Below, one piece after another: positions 49,972 through 61,761 of a DNA stretch of 64,000 nt (position 1 is its first letter; the number at the start of each line of letters is the position of its first letter). Below the pieces are notes generated by a model. That model searched no databases. It was not told where the DNA came from and worked only from the letters and a program-made list of their open reading frames with translations. The translations under genes were made by a program, and so were the position numbers. The DNA comes from Eledone cirrhosa. Taxonomy: Eukaryota. The stretch covers positions 57,350,001 through 57,414,000 of the forward strand of contig OZ024743.1 of NCBI GenBank assembly GCA_964016885.1, given 5' to 3'.

Positions 49972-50069
49972 ATCAGAATTAAACCAGTATTAAACTAGTA
50001 AGACCGTTATTCAACAGAGTAATCGATACTTGGAATAGTTGAGTGTGACTATATATATATATATATATA

Positions 50070-50437
50070 AATGGTTTCTTATATAAGTATAAGGCCAGCA
50101 ATTTTTTGGGAGGGAAATGTCGATTAAATCGAACCAGTGCGTGACTGGTACTTTATTTTATCGACCCCGTAAGGATGAAAGGCAAAGTTAACCTCGGCGG
50201 GATTTGAACTCAGACCATAAAGGAATGTAACAGCCTGAGTTCACATCCTTAATAATAATAATAATTGTTTTTACTTTTGGCACAAGGCCAGCAATTACCC
50301 AGTGTATTACTGGTACTTTATTTTATAGACCCCGTAAGGATGAAAGGCAAAATTAACCTCGGCGGGATTTGAACTCAGAATGGCAAGGGCCGTAACTCTA
50401 TGCGTCAAAGCATGGCGTCCGACCCTCTACCGATACT
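50070..50437 (-). mobile_element. Two tandem SINE family A copies
   Basis: Two reverse-complement cores at ~50160 and ~50330. Confidence 0.88.
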
Positions 50438-50489
50438 AATAATAATAAAAATATGGACAAGGTGTCAAATTTTCATTACCTTTATTGAG

Positions 50490-50576
50490 GTGTAACGCAC
50501 GTTTCGTGATTGATCACCTCCAAGTTCGATCTGAGTCGATTGGGCCCGACTCTGAAATCGAAAGCTCATCAGACTT
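50490..50576 (-). ncRNA. Hammerhead motif with long nested stem II (family of 3.4-3.6 kb), partly decayed
   Basis: Minus strand: GT-CTGATGA-gct-TTCGATTT-ca-GAGTCG..CGACTC-AGATCGAA...c-GAAA-CGTGCG-TT-AC. Confidence 0.55.
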
Positions 50577-51345
50577 CTGTTATTCTGTTAAGGTAATGAC
50601 GTTATGATTCCTGTACAGCGTTAAGAAAAAAAACAAAAAACTAAACTATATATATATATATATATACGATTCTTCGTTTTCCATTTTACATACATTACAT
50701 ACATACATACACACACACACATATATATATATATATATGTAGATTTTTTCTCTTAGCGCTGTATATATATATATATGTATATATACATTTATAAATAATA
50801 AGTTGTTCATATAAGAGTATAAGCTGCCCATACAAAATATCAGCACCAACTTTCTCTTTTACAAACACCCGCAGGCAGGGACAAACCCACATACATACAA
50901 GCATATTAAGTGCCATATACGCACCCACATTTCCACACACACGCATGCCAACTAGCTCTAGATTTCTTCTAAATTAAAATATAAAAATGTACACATGTGC
51001 CCGTAAAAGAAGGTAAAAATAAGTTTTAGCACAACAACCCGCAACAAATACAACAACAATAATTGTAACAAAAAATATACACTCGAAACACAAAATCAAC
51101 AACATTCATAATACTGACAAACTGTTCAGTGAACTTTTGAGGAAACTAAAAAATAGATTCTTTGGAATTGGAAAAAAATGTCTTTAGATAAAAATAACAG
51201 GTCCATTCAGCATTCAAATCAAGCAAAATGTAAAATACTGATGGATTTAAAGAAAGGTGATACAAAGACAGAAGTAAATTCACGCTAAGTACCTCTATAT
51301 CTATGTGTTCATGTTGACTGAAAAAGTCAGTCAATTATATTGATT

Positions 51346-51592
51346 GCCTCCCCATAGCTCCGGCAGACAGAATGAAGGCGTTTCCCTGGATGACGGCAAG
51401 GGAGACGCACTGGAAGAGCCATTCCAACTCGCGAGGCTCACACTTGCGGCTGGCCAGCTCAGCGCCTAGGTGGTGAGCAGGGTGGTAGCCCTAGCGTCGA
51501 GGACACCAGAAGTCTCGACCGCAAACCTGTCGGAGAGCGACAGGTATTTGGAGAGTTTGGCCTCCTCAGCCCGACGTGCAGCAGAACTGGGT
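51346..51592 (-). pseudogene. CRE-like non-LTR retrotransposon C-terminal (restriction-like endonuclease) fragment
   Basis: Manual translation with a frameshift: AARRAEEAKLSKY..FAVETSG..EWLFQCVSLAVIQGNA. Confidence 0.75.
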
Positions 51593-52012
51593 TAGTCGCA
51601 GACTGCACCAGGTTGTGGCTGGAACACAGAAAAACATGTATGGGTATGACCGTACAGTTTTTGGTCTGGGAGTGTTAGCGATATATAGTGGCGCAATGCT
51701 GGTTTAGCGTCTACAAATAAGCTGGCTAAATTCTTTGAGCCCTCCGACCGCAGAGATGGCAAACACCACGCAGACACGTACACACACATAACCTCCAATA
51801 AATCACGATGACAGATACATGCCATTTTTTCTTGACAATTCTTCAACTTTGCCTAATTTATCTCTCCCCACCGTTACAGCACCACAGTTTATCTTATCCA
51901 TCTCCACATAAGTAACGAAACACACACACACACACACACACACACTTGCGCAGTCACACACTCACACTCACAACCACTCCAGGAAAATATATAAAAAATA
52001 CATGATATATAA

Positions 52013-52046
<34 letters not shown>

Positions 52047-52062
52047 ATATATATGAACACAC

Positions 52063-52112
<50 letters not shown>

Positions 52113-52120
<8 letters not shown>

Positions 52121-52270
52121 ATACTTTGGGAGGGTCATGTTGCCAATAAGAAACACACGCATGTGTTTCTTATTGGTTTCTTATTGGTTTCTTATTGGCA
52201 ACATGACCCTCCCAAAGTATAACAATATCGGTTTCAACACACGTTTTCAGATAAAGAATCTTGCTAAGCA
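52113..52270. repeat. Tail-to-tail palindrome of a Penelope-end-like sequence (42-bp perfect arms) within (TA)n
   Basis: 52113-52154 is the reverse complement of 52187-52228; gtttcttattg x3 at the centre. Confidence 0.85.
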
Positions 52271-52458
52271 AATTCAGAAACGAAATATATATATATATAT
52301 ATATATAAATTTATTCTAAAACTTTTCTTTAACAATTTATAAAGAACCTTTACCCTTATATGGATAACTTATCATTTTACCGACACGTCAATCACCTAAG
52401 TTACGCCACTGGCGAGATGGCCAGTCCTCTGCAAGTAGTTTTGTCGGCATTCTGGAAT

Positions 52459-52884
52459 TAGCCTCAGTGTCACGTGATTGATTCTTTAGAATCTGCCATT
52501 TGACCATAGACAGTGAACTTTCTCAGTGCTTTGGAATTCAGTCCCCGCTAGCTGTTCCATCCACCGAATTATTATTATTTTTATATGAGTCCCTAGTGTC
52601 CGCGCATTACCTGGAGACTTAGCTGAGAATAGACTCCCTGATGACGTAATGCATTCTCGGCAGTTACATTGCGTAACTATCTTTATCCCATTACAGAAAC
52701 TAATTAGTTGGAGTGAAAATTTTAGTAAGTAAGTTAATTTTTAATTTTTAAAATGTTCTTATTTTACGTCTTTCATATAATAGTTCTGCATCCTCCTGCA
52801 TTGAACCACCTAGGTACTATGACATAACTTATGTATTTGCTAGCATTAGTGTACATCTGTACGCATATGTCGGTAAATATACTA

Positions 52885-52890
<6 letters not shown>
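52459..52890 (+). repeat. Diverged solo copy of the 40-42 kb hammerhead unit
   Basis: Collinear homology from tagcctc.gtgtcacgtgattgattc to the (TA)n tail. Confidence 0.9.
52633..52714 (+). ncRNA. Hammerhead ribozyme, diverged paralog with compensatory changes
   Basis: ACTCC-CTGATGA-c-GTAATG-...AGTTAC attgc GTAACT...-CATTAC-a-GAAA-CTAATTAG-TT-GGAGT. Confidence 0.82.
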
Positions 52891-52931
<41 letters not shown>

Positions 52932-53427
52932 TTATGTACACACACACACACATATATATATATATGTGGGTGTTGGAAATATAGTCGTTCCATCGCAGAA
53001 AAGACCATAATAATAGTCGATCACTAAAAATAATAGTTGAGAAAATCTGGTAGAATATACCTGACGACGAAAAAGGAGGGGAGAGGTGTTTGCGAGGAAC
53101 CAAACCCCACAACACGTCGTTGCTTGGCAAGTCTGTTTACCACTACGCTAAAGAGCCGCTGGTCACTACTTCTGTCTTTTTAGAATATTTTAAGTCGCTC
53201 AGGCGCCTCTGTCTACTTTATCTGTCTCCAGGTGCATTTTGCTTGAATTTCATATCTATTATATTGGTCATTTCTGGATTGAAACAACTACATTTCAAAT
53301 TTCCTCAATACCTTTCAAGTCAAATGATGTTTACACTTCTAGCTGCAGCTTTAAATCTTATAAAAAACAACAAAAAAATCAAACAAAAAAATCAAAAAAA
53401 AATCAGTTGGTAGGCAGCCCCTCCTTA

Positions 53428-53615
53428 TAATTGCTTCTACTTTAGGCACAAGGCCAGCAATAACTCAGTGCATTACTGGTACTTTATTTTATCGACCCCG
53501 TAAGGATGAAAGGCAAAGTTAACCTCGGCGGGATTTGAACTCAGATCGTAAAGGGACGTAACTATGCTGGAAAGCATGGCGTCCGACCCTCTACCGATAC
53601 TGCCAATCCACCGCC
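53428..53615 (-). mobile_element. SINE family A with apparent target-site duplication
   Basis: ccctccttataat at 53419-53431 and 53614-53626. Confidence 0.9.
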
Positions 53616-53740
53616 CTCCTTATAATGGTTAACGCACTTGCTCGGATCGTAGAGATACGAGGTTCGTTTCATTGCAGAGACATCTGTCCAAATGTTATGA
53701 TGAATTTAGTAATATAACTATTTCATTTCTACGTTACTAT

Positions 53741-53932
53741 GGGCGGTGGATTGGCAGTATCGGTACAGGGTCGGACGCCATATTTTGCAGCAAAGAGTTA
53801 CGGCCCTTTATGGCCTGAGTTCAAATCCCGCAGAGGTTAACTTTGCCTTTCATCCTTACGAGGTCGATAAAATAAAGTACCAGTAATGCAGAGGGATAAT
53901 TGCCGGCCTTGTGCCAAAAGTAGAAATAATTA
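53741..53932 (+). mobile_element. SINE family A
   Basis: Full consensus. Confidence 0.9.
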
Positions 53933-54959
53933 TATATTTACAATGATTTTCAAGACACTTTGTAAATAATCAAGAATTTTCGAGAAATTTAGTAAAATAA
54001 CAATTTCATTTTTAAGTGGGTGTTTGGAACAACCTTTTTTTTTTATTTTACCTAAGATAACAATGGAAAATTAAAATTTAAGTATGAACACTAAGCCTTC
54101 TGTGACCATATTTCTAATGAAATACGCAGCGTCCCCAATCTTGGTAGCTTTTTAAAAACTAGCTTTAAAATAAATGCTTTGCCTCATAGCATCATGGGCG
54201 ATGCCGAGCAGTATGGTATTACAAGTGTTAACGTAAGAAATTGTTGTATTCCTTCTTAAACTTTTATCTCCGATCTTTCTTCTTATTCTTCATAATCAAG
54301 CCATAATCTAGAGACAAAACCATTACACAGTCGCTCGACTTTCCGGAAATAACAACCAAATTCCCCCTATATCACACTCTACCATCTGAAAGAACATTAC
54401 ACTGAATATTGTAATGCTTAATACACTATTTACAAAGAAAATAAAAAAAATAAAAATTAGAAATAGAAATAAGAAATAAAACACACACACACACACACAC
54501 GCACACGCACACGCACACGCACACGCACGCACACGCACACACACAAAACACAAAAATGACGGCGACGGAAAGCATTTTGATCATGGTTCTGCTTCATCAG
54601 ATCTGACCTCGGAATAAACACCATTAAACACACGAATTATGAGCAGTAAAATATAGAGCTTTATAGACTTTCAATGTTTTTCGCGAGACACCAACCAACA
54701 CCTCTTTATGACTTCTAGTCAGGTTTTATGAGAGCAGACACATTTCTGTTTATAGCCTTGAAAAAAAAAAACAAAAAAAAAAACACCAAAACAAAAACAA
54801 AAAAAAATAAAATCAACAACAACAACAAGAAATCCCTTTTACATCTAAAGATATTTAATAGCCAGTACAGTGGTTGTATATGGCGGTGAATTGTCAGATG
54901 CTAGAGCGTCGGATTAAAACTGTTTCTGTATTTGTTCTGGCCCATTGCTCTCTGAGTTC

Positions 54960-55620
54960 AAATCCTTACACTAAGTGCTACCCTGTTACGCTATCTTTAA
55001 TTTAACGTCATTTATATTTAGTCCTACCTTGTTACGCTTTTAATTTGATGCCCTTAACATTCACTGCTTGACAGGTGGCGTATTCGCAGAATCATTAGAA
55101 CGTCGGCTAGAAGGCTTTGGGGGCATTCATTCAAACTCTCAGCACCAAATCAACTTTGCGTTCATCCTTTGGTCGATAAAAATGCACCAGTCCAGAACTG
55201 GGTCAATTCTTGCTCTATATATCTTTATCATTTCCTCTCTAGCACTCTTACTCTAGTTCTCTGGACAAAATCGGCTAGGTTCAAACCTGGAGAGAAGATG
55301 TGTACCATCTGGTTTAAAAAAAAATTGCCCAAGGAACGCCGTATGTCCCTACGGCGTCCCTACAACTCCATCAGCAGTTACCGGCACACACACACATTCA
55401 GTGCTACTCTGTTACAGTACAGTACATCGTCTCTTACATTTAATACTCTTCTATTACCCTATCTTTGACTTTAACGTCCCTTACATTTACTTCAACTCTG
55501 TCCCACTATCTTTTAGTTTGAAGTCCCATCTAGTGCTACTGCTTTACACAACCTATAACGTGAACGTCCCTTACATTCAATATTATTCTGTTACATTGTC
55601 TTTTACTGGAACGCTTCACA
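54960..55620. repeat. Degenerate ~45-bp minisatellite (cttacatt..tactctgttac..tatcttt..aacgtcc) interrupted by old SINE sequence
   Basis: Motif recurs at ~54965-55065 and ~55395-55620. Confidence 0.55.
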
Positions 55621-55632
55621 AACAACATTTAG

Positions 55633-55713
55633 TCTTCTTCTTCTTCTTCTTCTTCTTCTTCTTCTTCTTCTTCTTCTTCTTCTTCTTCTTCTTCTTCTTC
55701 TTCTTCTTCTTCT
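55633..55713. repeat. (TTC)n microsatellite
   Basis: Direct reading. Confidence 0.95.
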
Positions 55714-55789
55714 TGAGAGGGCCGTGGGAGAAGAGTCCTAAAGAATTCCTTTCAGCGGGCCAGTCAGAAGCAACCGTCTGCAATTGATA

Positions 55790-55856
<67 letters not shown>

Positions 55857-56289
55857 GAATGAATTATTTATGTATTTACAGTTTATTTGTCAATAGCTAC
55901 TATTCACCCTATCTTCTATAAACGATACAGTAGTATATATAGTACATACAACCAGCTTATATGCACTTAAGTGGTCATTATAGACTATTATTAAAGTATG
56001 TTAAAAGATTGCCTAGTCAACTGCCGATATTTGAAGATCAATTATATATCAGTTTCCCTTTCATTATATAGCCTCAATCGATATATTAACTATTATAATA
56101 CTCTCTCTTATCAGCAGACCTGTTTATACACATATACACCTGCGGGTCTAGCTATCACGCTATGTCTAGCTCTGTAAGCGCTGGTATTCTGTGAGTTCAC
56201 TTCGCTTGCAATATATATGGCAGACTTTATGTACAGAAGTGGAGATACAGCTACTCATGTATGTGTATGTAGGTATGTATGTATGTAGG

Positions 56290-56825
56290 TGGAAGAACTC
56301 ATAAAAGTCAACGGCCATCCCAAAAGGGGTAAATATGTATATATACACATGTACATATGTATGGATATGCATGTGTGCATGTGTATGTATATGAGCGGGG
56401 ACATAGAAATAATCGGGCTGGATACCCAATCGCGCGGTTAAACCACTGGGAGTGAAGAACCCCTAGCCTTTCTCAGGGCATTCTTCTAAGAGAAGGCAAC
56501 TCAGGAAACTGGGATAACTCCAACATAAAACCTGCGGTTCAGTAGTTACCGATGATGTTGATCTTTTCTTCTTTTCGGGTTATAGCTACTGTCGCTCAGA
56601 GAGTGGGATTGGCTCAGTGCACAGTCTTTCCTCACTTTAAAAAAAATCTTCACGCACAGCCATTGCACGATACAATAAATAATTATTAATAATAATATAT
56701 CGTGCAATGGCTATACTCGATAACAAGGGGGCAGCCACCATGTATGTATGTATGTAAGTATGCACGTATGTATGTATGTATGTATGTATGTATGTATGTA
56801 TGTATGTATGTATGTATGTATGTTC
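56290..56825 (+). mobile_element. RTE-like 5'UTR-derived element ending ggcagccacca-(TGTA)n
   Basis: aagaactcataaaagtcaacggccatcc, ccctagcctttctcagggca..tctaagagaagg, gatgatgttgatc..gagtgggattggct, and the same 3' junction as the 62-64 kb units. Confidence 0.7.
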
Positions 56826-56939
56826 TTCTGGTTTTATAATTTTACAAATTTTTACCAATAAAGAGTAAGTCGGTTTCTAGCATAGACACAAGACTCATTG
56901 GTATTTACACAACATCAACTAGGCAGACATGTATGCATG

Positions 56940-57210
56940 TCTACATGCATACATGTGTGTGCAGATATGGATGTTATTGTATGTGTAGATGTGTATTTTT
57001 TGAGTTGTATGTGTGCATATGCATGCTTTGTATCTGTATATGTGTATATGCAGTTATTAGATGCAGAATTGTTGGAATGTTTTACATATTTTTACTGTTC
57101 CATTAATGGATTGTACTTGTAGTTACCTAACTAGTTGTGTTCTTTCTGTTTCTGTGAAGCCTAGCTTCTCAAGGTTTGTATTGAGGCAGTTACTAACATT
57201 TATGTATATA
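56940..57210 (+). repeat. Diverged inverted copy of 61510-61760
   Basis: cctagcttctcaaggtttgtattgaggcagttactaacat vs atgttagtaactgcctcaatacaaatcttgagaagctagg. Confidence 0.85.
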
Positions 57211-57483
57211 TGTATGTGTAAGTAAGTATGTATGTGTATGTATGTGTGTATGTATGTGTATGTATGTGTGTATGTATGTAGTATGTGTTTGTATGTATAT
57301 ATGTATGTATGTATGTATTCACATACATAGACATGCGTTTATATAAACACACATACACACGCACACACACACACATATATATATATATACATACACACAC
57401 ACACACACGTATATATATGCCTGTGCGTATGTATAGGTGTGGGAACAAACGAAAGAAAAGAGCGTACACGCATACAAACACAA

Positions 57484-57522
<39 letters not shown>

Positions 57523-57866
57523 CATACAAACACACACATACTGACGTATATAGACATGAACATGCATATATTACATGTATATATGTACATGTAATATAGT
57601 ATGCGTCTGAGTGGGCGTGTAGACACCCATATACTGATTCAAACACATGTGCCTGTGTGTAGGTGCTTCTATCGATATACGCACACATATACATACATAC
57701 TCACACACACACACACACACATATACATATATATTATGGGTATGAATATGTATATAAAATATATAATATGATATCTATATATGTATATATATATATATAT
57801 GAGTATGTATATATATATATGCATATATACATACATATATGTATGTATATATATATATATACATTA

Positions 57867-57951
<85 letters not shown>

Positions 57952-58489
57952 CGTGTGTGTATAGATGTACTGACACACATAAACGACTAGTAGCTGCACT
58001 TGTCTTCATATATCTCAAACTATGATTGTAATGACAGCAATTGTGAAACATTTTACATTTTTAGTTGTATTTAATAAGTTTCCCTATCATTAAACATTCA
58101 CAACTGATAAATGTGAACAGCTGAAAACATCTTCAGTGATTAGAGTCAATGCTTTCCTCTTAACTCATTAGTGTTACTAATGAATATTACCAAACTGAAA
58201 GCTAATTAACATGTATTACTTTTCATTAGCAAATTGTTTTCCAGAAAAAATATAAAAAACATAAGCGCTGCTATTGAACAAAATCAATTCTTATTTTGAT
58301 TGAAAAATAAATTAGATATAAGTAACCGCGTGTCTATATCGAAAAGAAAAAATAGTTATTCGATCAAATGAACGTCTATCTCCTGAATTAGCGTGTAAGT
58401 GGTTGAGTATTCCGCAGATACGTGTATCTTTGATATGATTCTTAATGTTTATATATACAAAAGGAAATGCTGTTCAGTCAACTGAATGT

Positions 58490-58921
58490 CCACACGAGTC
58501 TCAAATAATCTCCCCTTGCCCGCATATTCATTTTTCAGCACCCCCCCCACCTGTTCTTATTTCACCCCCACCCCACGCTTATTAAATTTTGTTAATCTAT
58601 CTCCGGCGAAATTTTATTTTAAGTGGTAGCATTCCTTTCTTTAGACATTAAAAAACCCATTATACATGAAAAAACAAAGAACATTACTAGAAATCACATA
58701 TTTTATAAAATGAATAGAATGGGTTAAAATCTCAACATGTAAACTAAACAACTAATTCTGGTTTAAAAAAAAATCAGTAGAGACAACCTAGAAAAATTAA
58801 TGATTTTCCTGCCCCCGCTTATTCCCTCCCTCCGTTTATTCCAACTCTCCTACTTACCCCCCCCCTCTTATTCTAGCTCCACCGCTTATTCCACCCTTCT
58901 ATTATTTGGGACCCGAGAGTA
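58490..58921. mobile_element. Possible old MITE with degenerate TIRs and cccgcttatt subterminal repeats
   Basis: cacgagtctcaaataat (left) resembles the reverse complement of attatttgggacccgag (right). Confidence 0.4.
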
Positions 58922-59529
58922 TTCACAGACACGTATACACTTAACGTAATTCCGAAGCCCCTGGAGGAGGAGATAGGATCGACCAGGTTTTAAAATACCC
59001 TAGAAACGTAATATGTCAATAAGGCGCCCCAGCGACTCTCTCAGGAGTTATGGGACCATACATACATACAGTTCCGAAGCCAATCAGCGTGACACATTAT
59101 GTGACAAGGTTGTGTATTTCAATTAGAAGTATAATCTATCCGACGATCTTCCATACATTTTCCGATCTACCAAATTTCTCTCACCAGCGGCAATTGCCCA
59201 CAATGCCACGCAGTGAGACTGCCCCCCCCCCCATACCAGCGCTTGACTTCGATTTAAGAAATAATTAAATGGAATTATGTTAAAGTTAATGATCTTCATG
59301 TTATGTCTGTTGATTCGTAACAGTCTGTCATGCTTTCGCATAAAATGTTTAAAAGTAGATTTGTTAATTTAATTGTTTACTGTATAGTTACTGTCAAAAT
59401 TCTGAGTAAACTTTAATTTTTAATGTGATACAGTCATAGTCATGTTCTGTACTTAACAAGAATGTCTTGCTTATGTGGTTTCATGCAGTACAGGACTTTA
59501 AGAGTTAGTCTCAAATTCGTTTCGGGTCT

Positions 59530-59760
59530 TCAAATCAACACTAAAACGGTCGCTTTCCGGTAATTTTGCGATTGAGCCCGTAGCAGTTCTAGTGCCCTTT
59601 GGCCCTAGGATAACCTCCCTACTCACCACCATCGACACGGAGTTGGCTACTCGCAGATGTGAGCCTCGCGAGCTGGAATGGCTCTTCCAACGCGTCTCCC
59701 TCACCATCCTTCGGGGAAATGCCTTCTCTATTCTGTCTGCCAGGACCACGGGGAGGCCAG
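59530..59760 (+). pseudogene. CRE-like LINE C-terminal fragment
   Basis: GPRITSLLTTIDTELATRRCEPRELEWLFQRVSLTILRGNAFSIL. Confidence 0.75.
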
Positions 59761-60304
59761 CGCGTGAACTCCCATTTGCTTACAATAGTGAGAGATGGGG
59801 GAGAGCGAGAGAGACGGAGGCAGTGACCATACCAGCATTGCTGAAGTATATTGTACAGCTAAAGGTTAATTGATAAATTCTGATTTCATTTGATTTCATA
59901 TGGATTGTCTCTTTTCTCCCTATACCTGTAGCGGAAGAAGGATTAAACAATAAACAAACAAATACGAATCAAAATATGTGCATCCCAACCCAAATAACTA
60001 TAAAAATGGTCAATCACAATCAATAATAGATGAGAAATAGAGTAATGTACCACTGGAGACAAACAAAAAGGGGACAGAGGCGACGGTTTCGATTTTCAAA
60101 ATTTATTACTGCTTCTTAAGTCAACCGCTTTGTTAAAACAAATTTAAATGACTGTAGAGTTTCTCAGTTAAGGTGTGGGACCTCAGAATAGGGCGTATAT
60201 ACTATATGCTATGTTATATACTATATATATATATATATAAGTGAACCTAAACATGGAGTGCTCGCCCGGGTGAACCTGCAGTAACTCTAAGTTACACCCC
60301 CTGG

Positions 60305-60329
<25 letters not shown>

Positions 60330-60337
<8 letters not shown>

Positions 60338-60637
60338 CATCAACCAATCCAAGTACTTGATTGTTACTATATCTACTGACCACGAAAGGGTGAAAGTCAC
60401 CCAACCATATCTGACTCCCCTTCTTACGTCACCAATGTTGTCCAAGGGAAAGGCAATCTCCGATACAGCTTGGCACCAGTGACGTCGCAACTCATTTCTA
60501 CAGCTGAGTAAAGTGGAACAACGTGAGAAATAATGTGTCTTGCTCAAGGACACAGCACACCGCCTGGTCCGCGAAGCGAACTCACAACTTCATGATTGTA
60601 AACACGATGCTCTAACCACTAAGTCATTCGCCTTCAT
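60330..60637 (-). mobile_element. SINE family B-type (CORE-like)
   Basis: cagctgagtaaagtggaacaacgtg..gtgtcttgctcaaggacac..gaactcacaac..ctaaccactaagtcattcgcc. Confidence 0.75.
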
Positions 60638-61286
60638 TGTATATAACTCTTTTATTATATAGGAGCTAATGATATTATATAAAACTTCTGTATTATAAAG
60701 AACTCACTGTCTTTATTCAACAGCAACAATAACAACAACCACAATTGATTGTCGCCATTGGTACTCTCCACAACATGACTGAATAACTTCAGCATTTTTT
60801 CACTCATCTCTTTAAGCATTCGTCAATAATTGGACTTGATCTAGAAAATTGTATTTTAAAAATAAATTGCTATTAATTATAAATAACTTATTAAAATACT
60901 CCAGCTAAACTATCTGACACTTCCGAATGAGAGATAATCAGAGACGTTAATCTATTTTCAATAAGATTAGTTTTTAATTAATTCTTGACAACAAAAGCAA
61001 ACTTTGAAGCAAGAAAAAATATATCGATATTTGATGAAAGGGATTGTATTTGAGAGAAAAATTCGATATGGTTTACTTGTGATTTTGTTACAGTGTATAT
61101 GTTAATTATTGTTGGTGTTGTTGTTGTTGTAGTAGTAGTAGTAGTAGTAGTAGAGGTTGTTGTTGTTACTTCAAGATATCATCATCATCATCACCATTAT
61201 CATTGTCGAGTAGACTTCAAGCCATACAGCCTTGATATTCTACATGAATAATGTGTGAAGGTAAATTTAATTGATAATATGGCTAT

Positions 61287-61326
<40 letters not shown>

Positions 61327-61761
61327 AAGTTAGTATGAAAGACCATTCTAATGGTTGAAAGGAAACTTGTCTCCAGACGCCATTGTGTAGTCATATTACC
61401 TATACATACATACACACATACAAACACATACATGCATACATACACACATACATATACATACATAATACACATATACATACACATACATACTTACACATAC
61501 ACACATACATATATACATATATACATGTTAGTAACTGCCTCAATACAAATCTTGAGAAGCTAGGAACAGAAAGAACACAACTAGTTAAGAAATTACAAAT
61601 GCAATCCAGTAAAACAGTAAAAATATGTAAAACATTCCAAAAATTTTGCATCTAATAACTGCATATACACATGTACAGATACTAAGCATATACATGCACA
61701 CATACAACTCAAAACATCCACATCCACACATACAATAACATCCATATCTACACATGCATGC

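Noticed and set aside
56898-58051. Many YI/CV/HT-rich ORFs here and elsewhere
   Set aside because: Translations of dinucleotide and tetranucleotide microsatellites.
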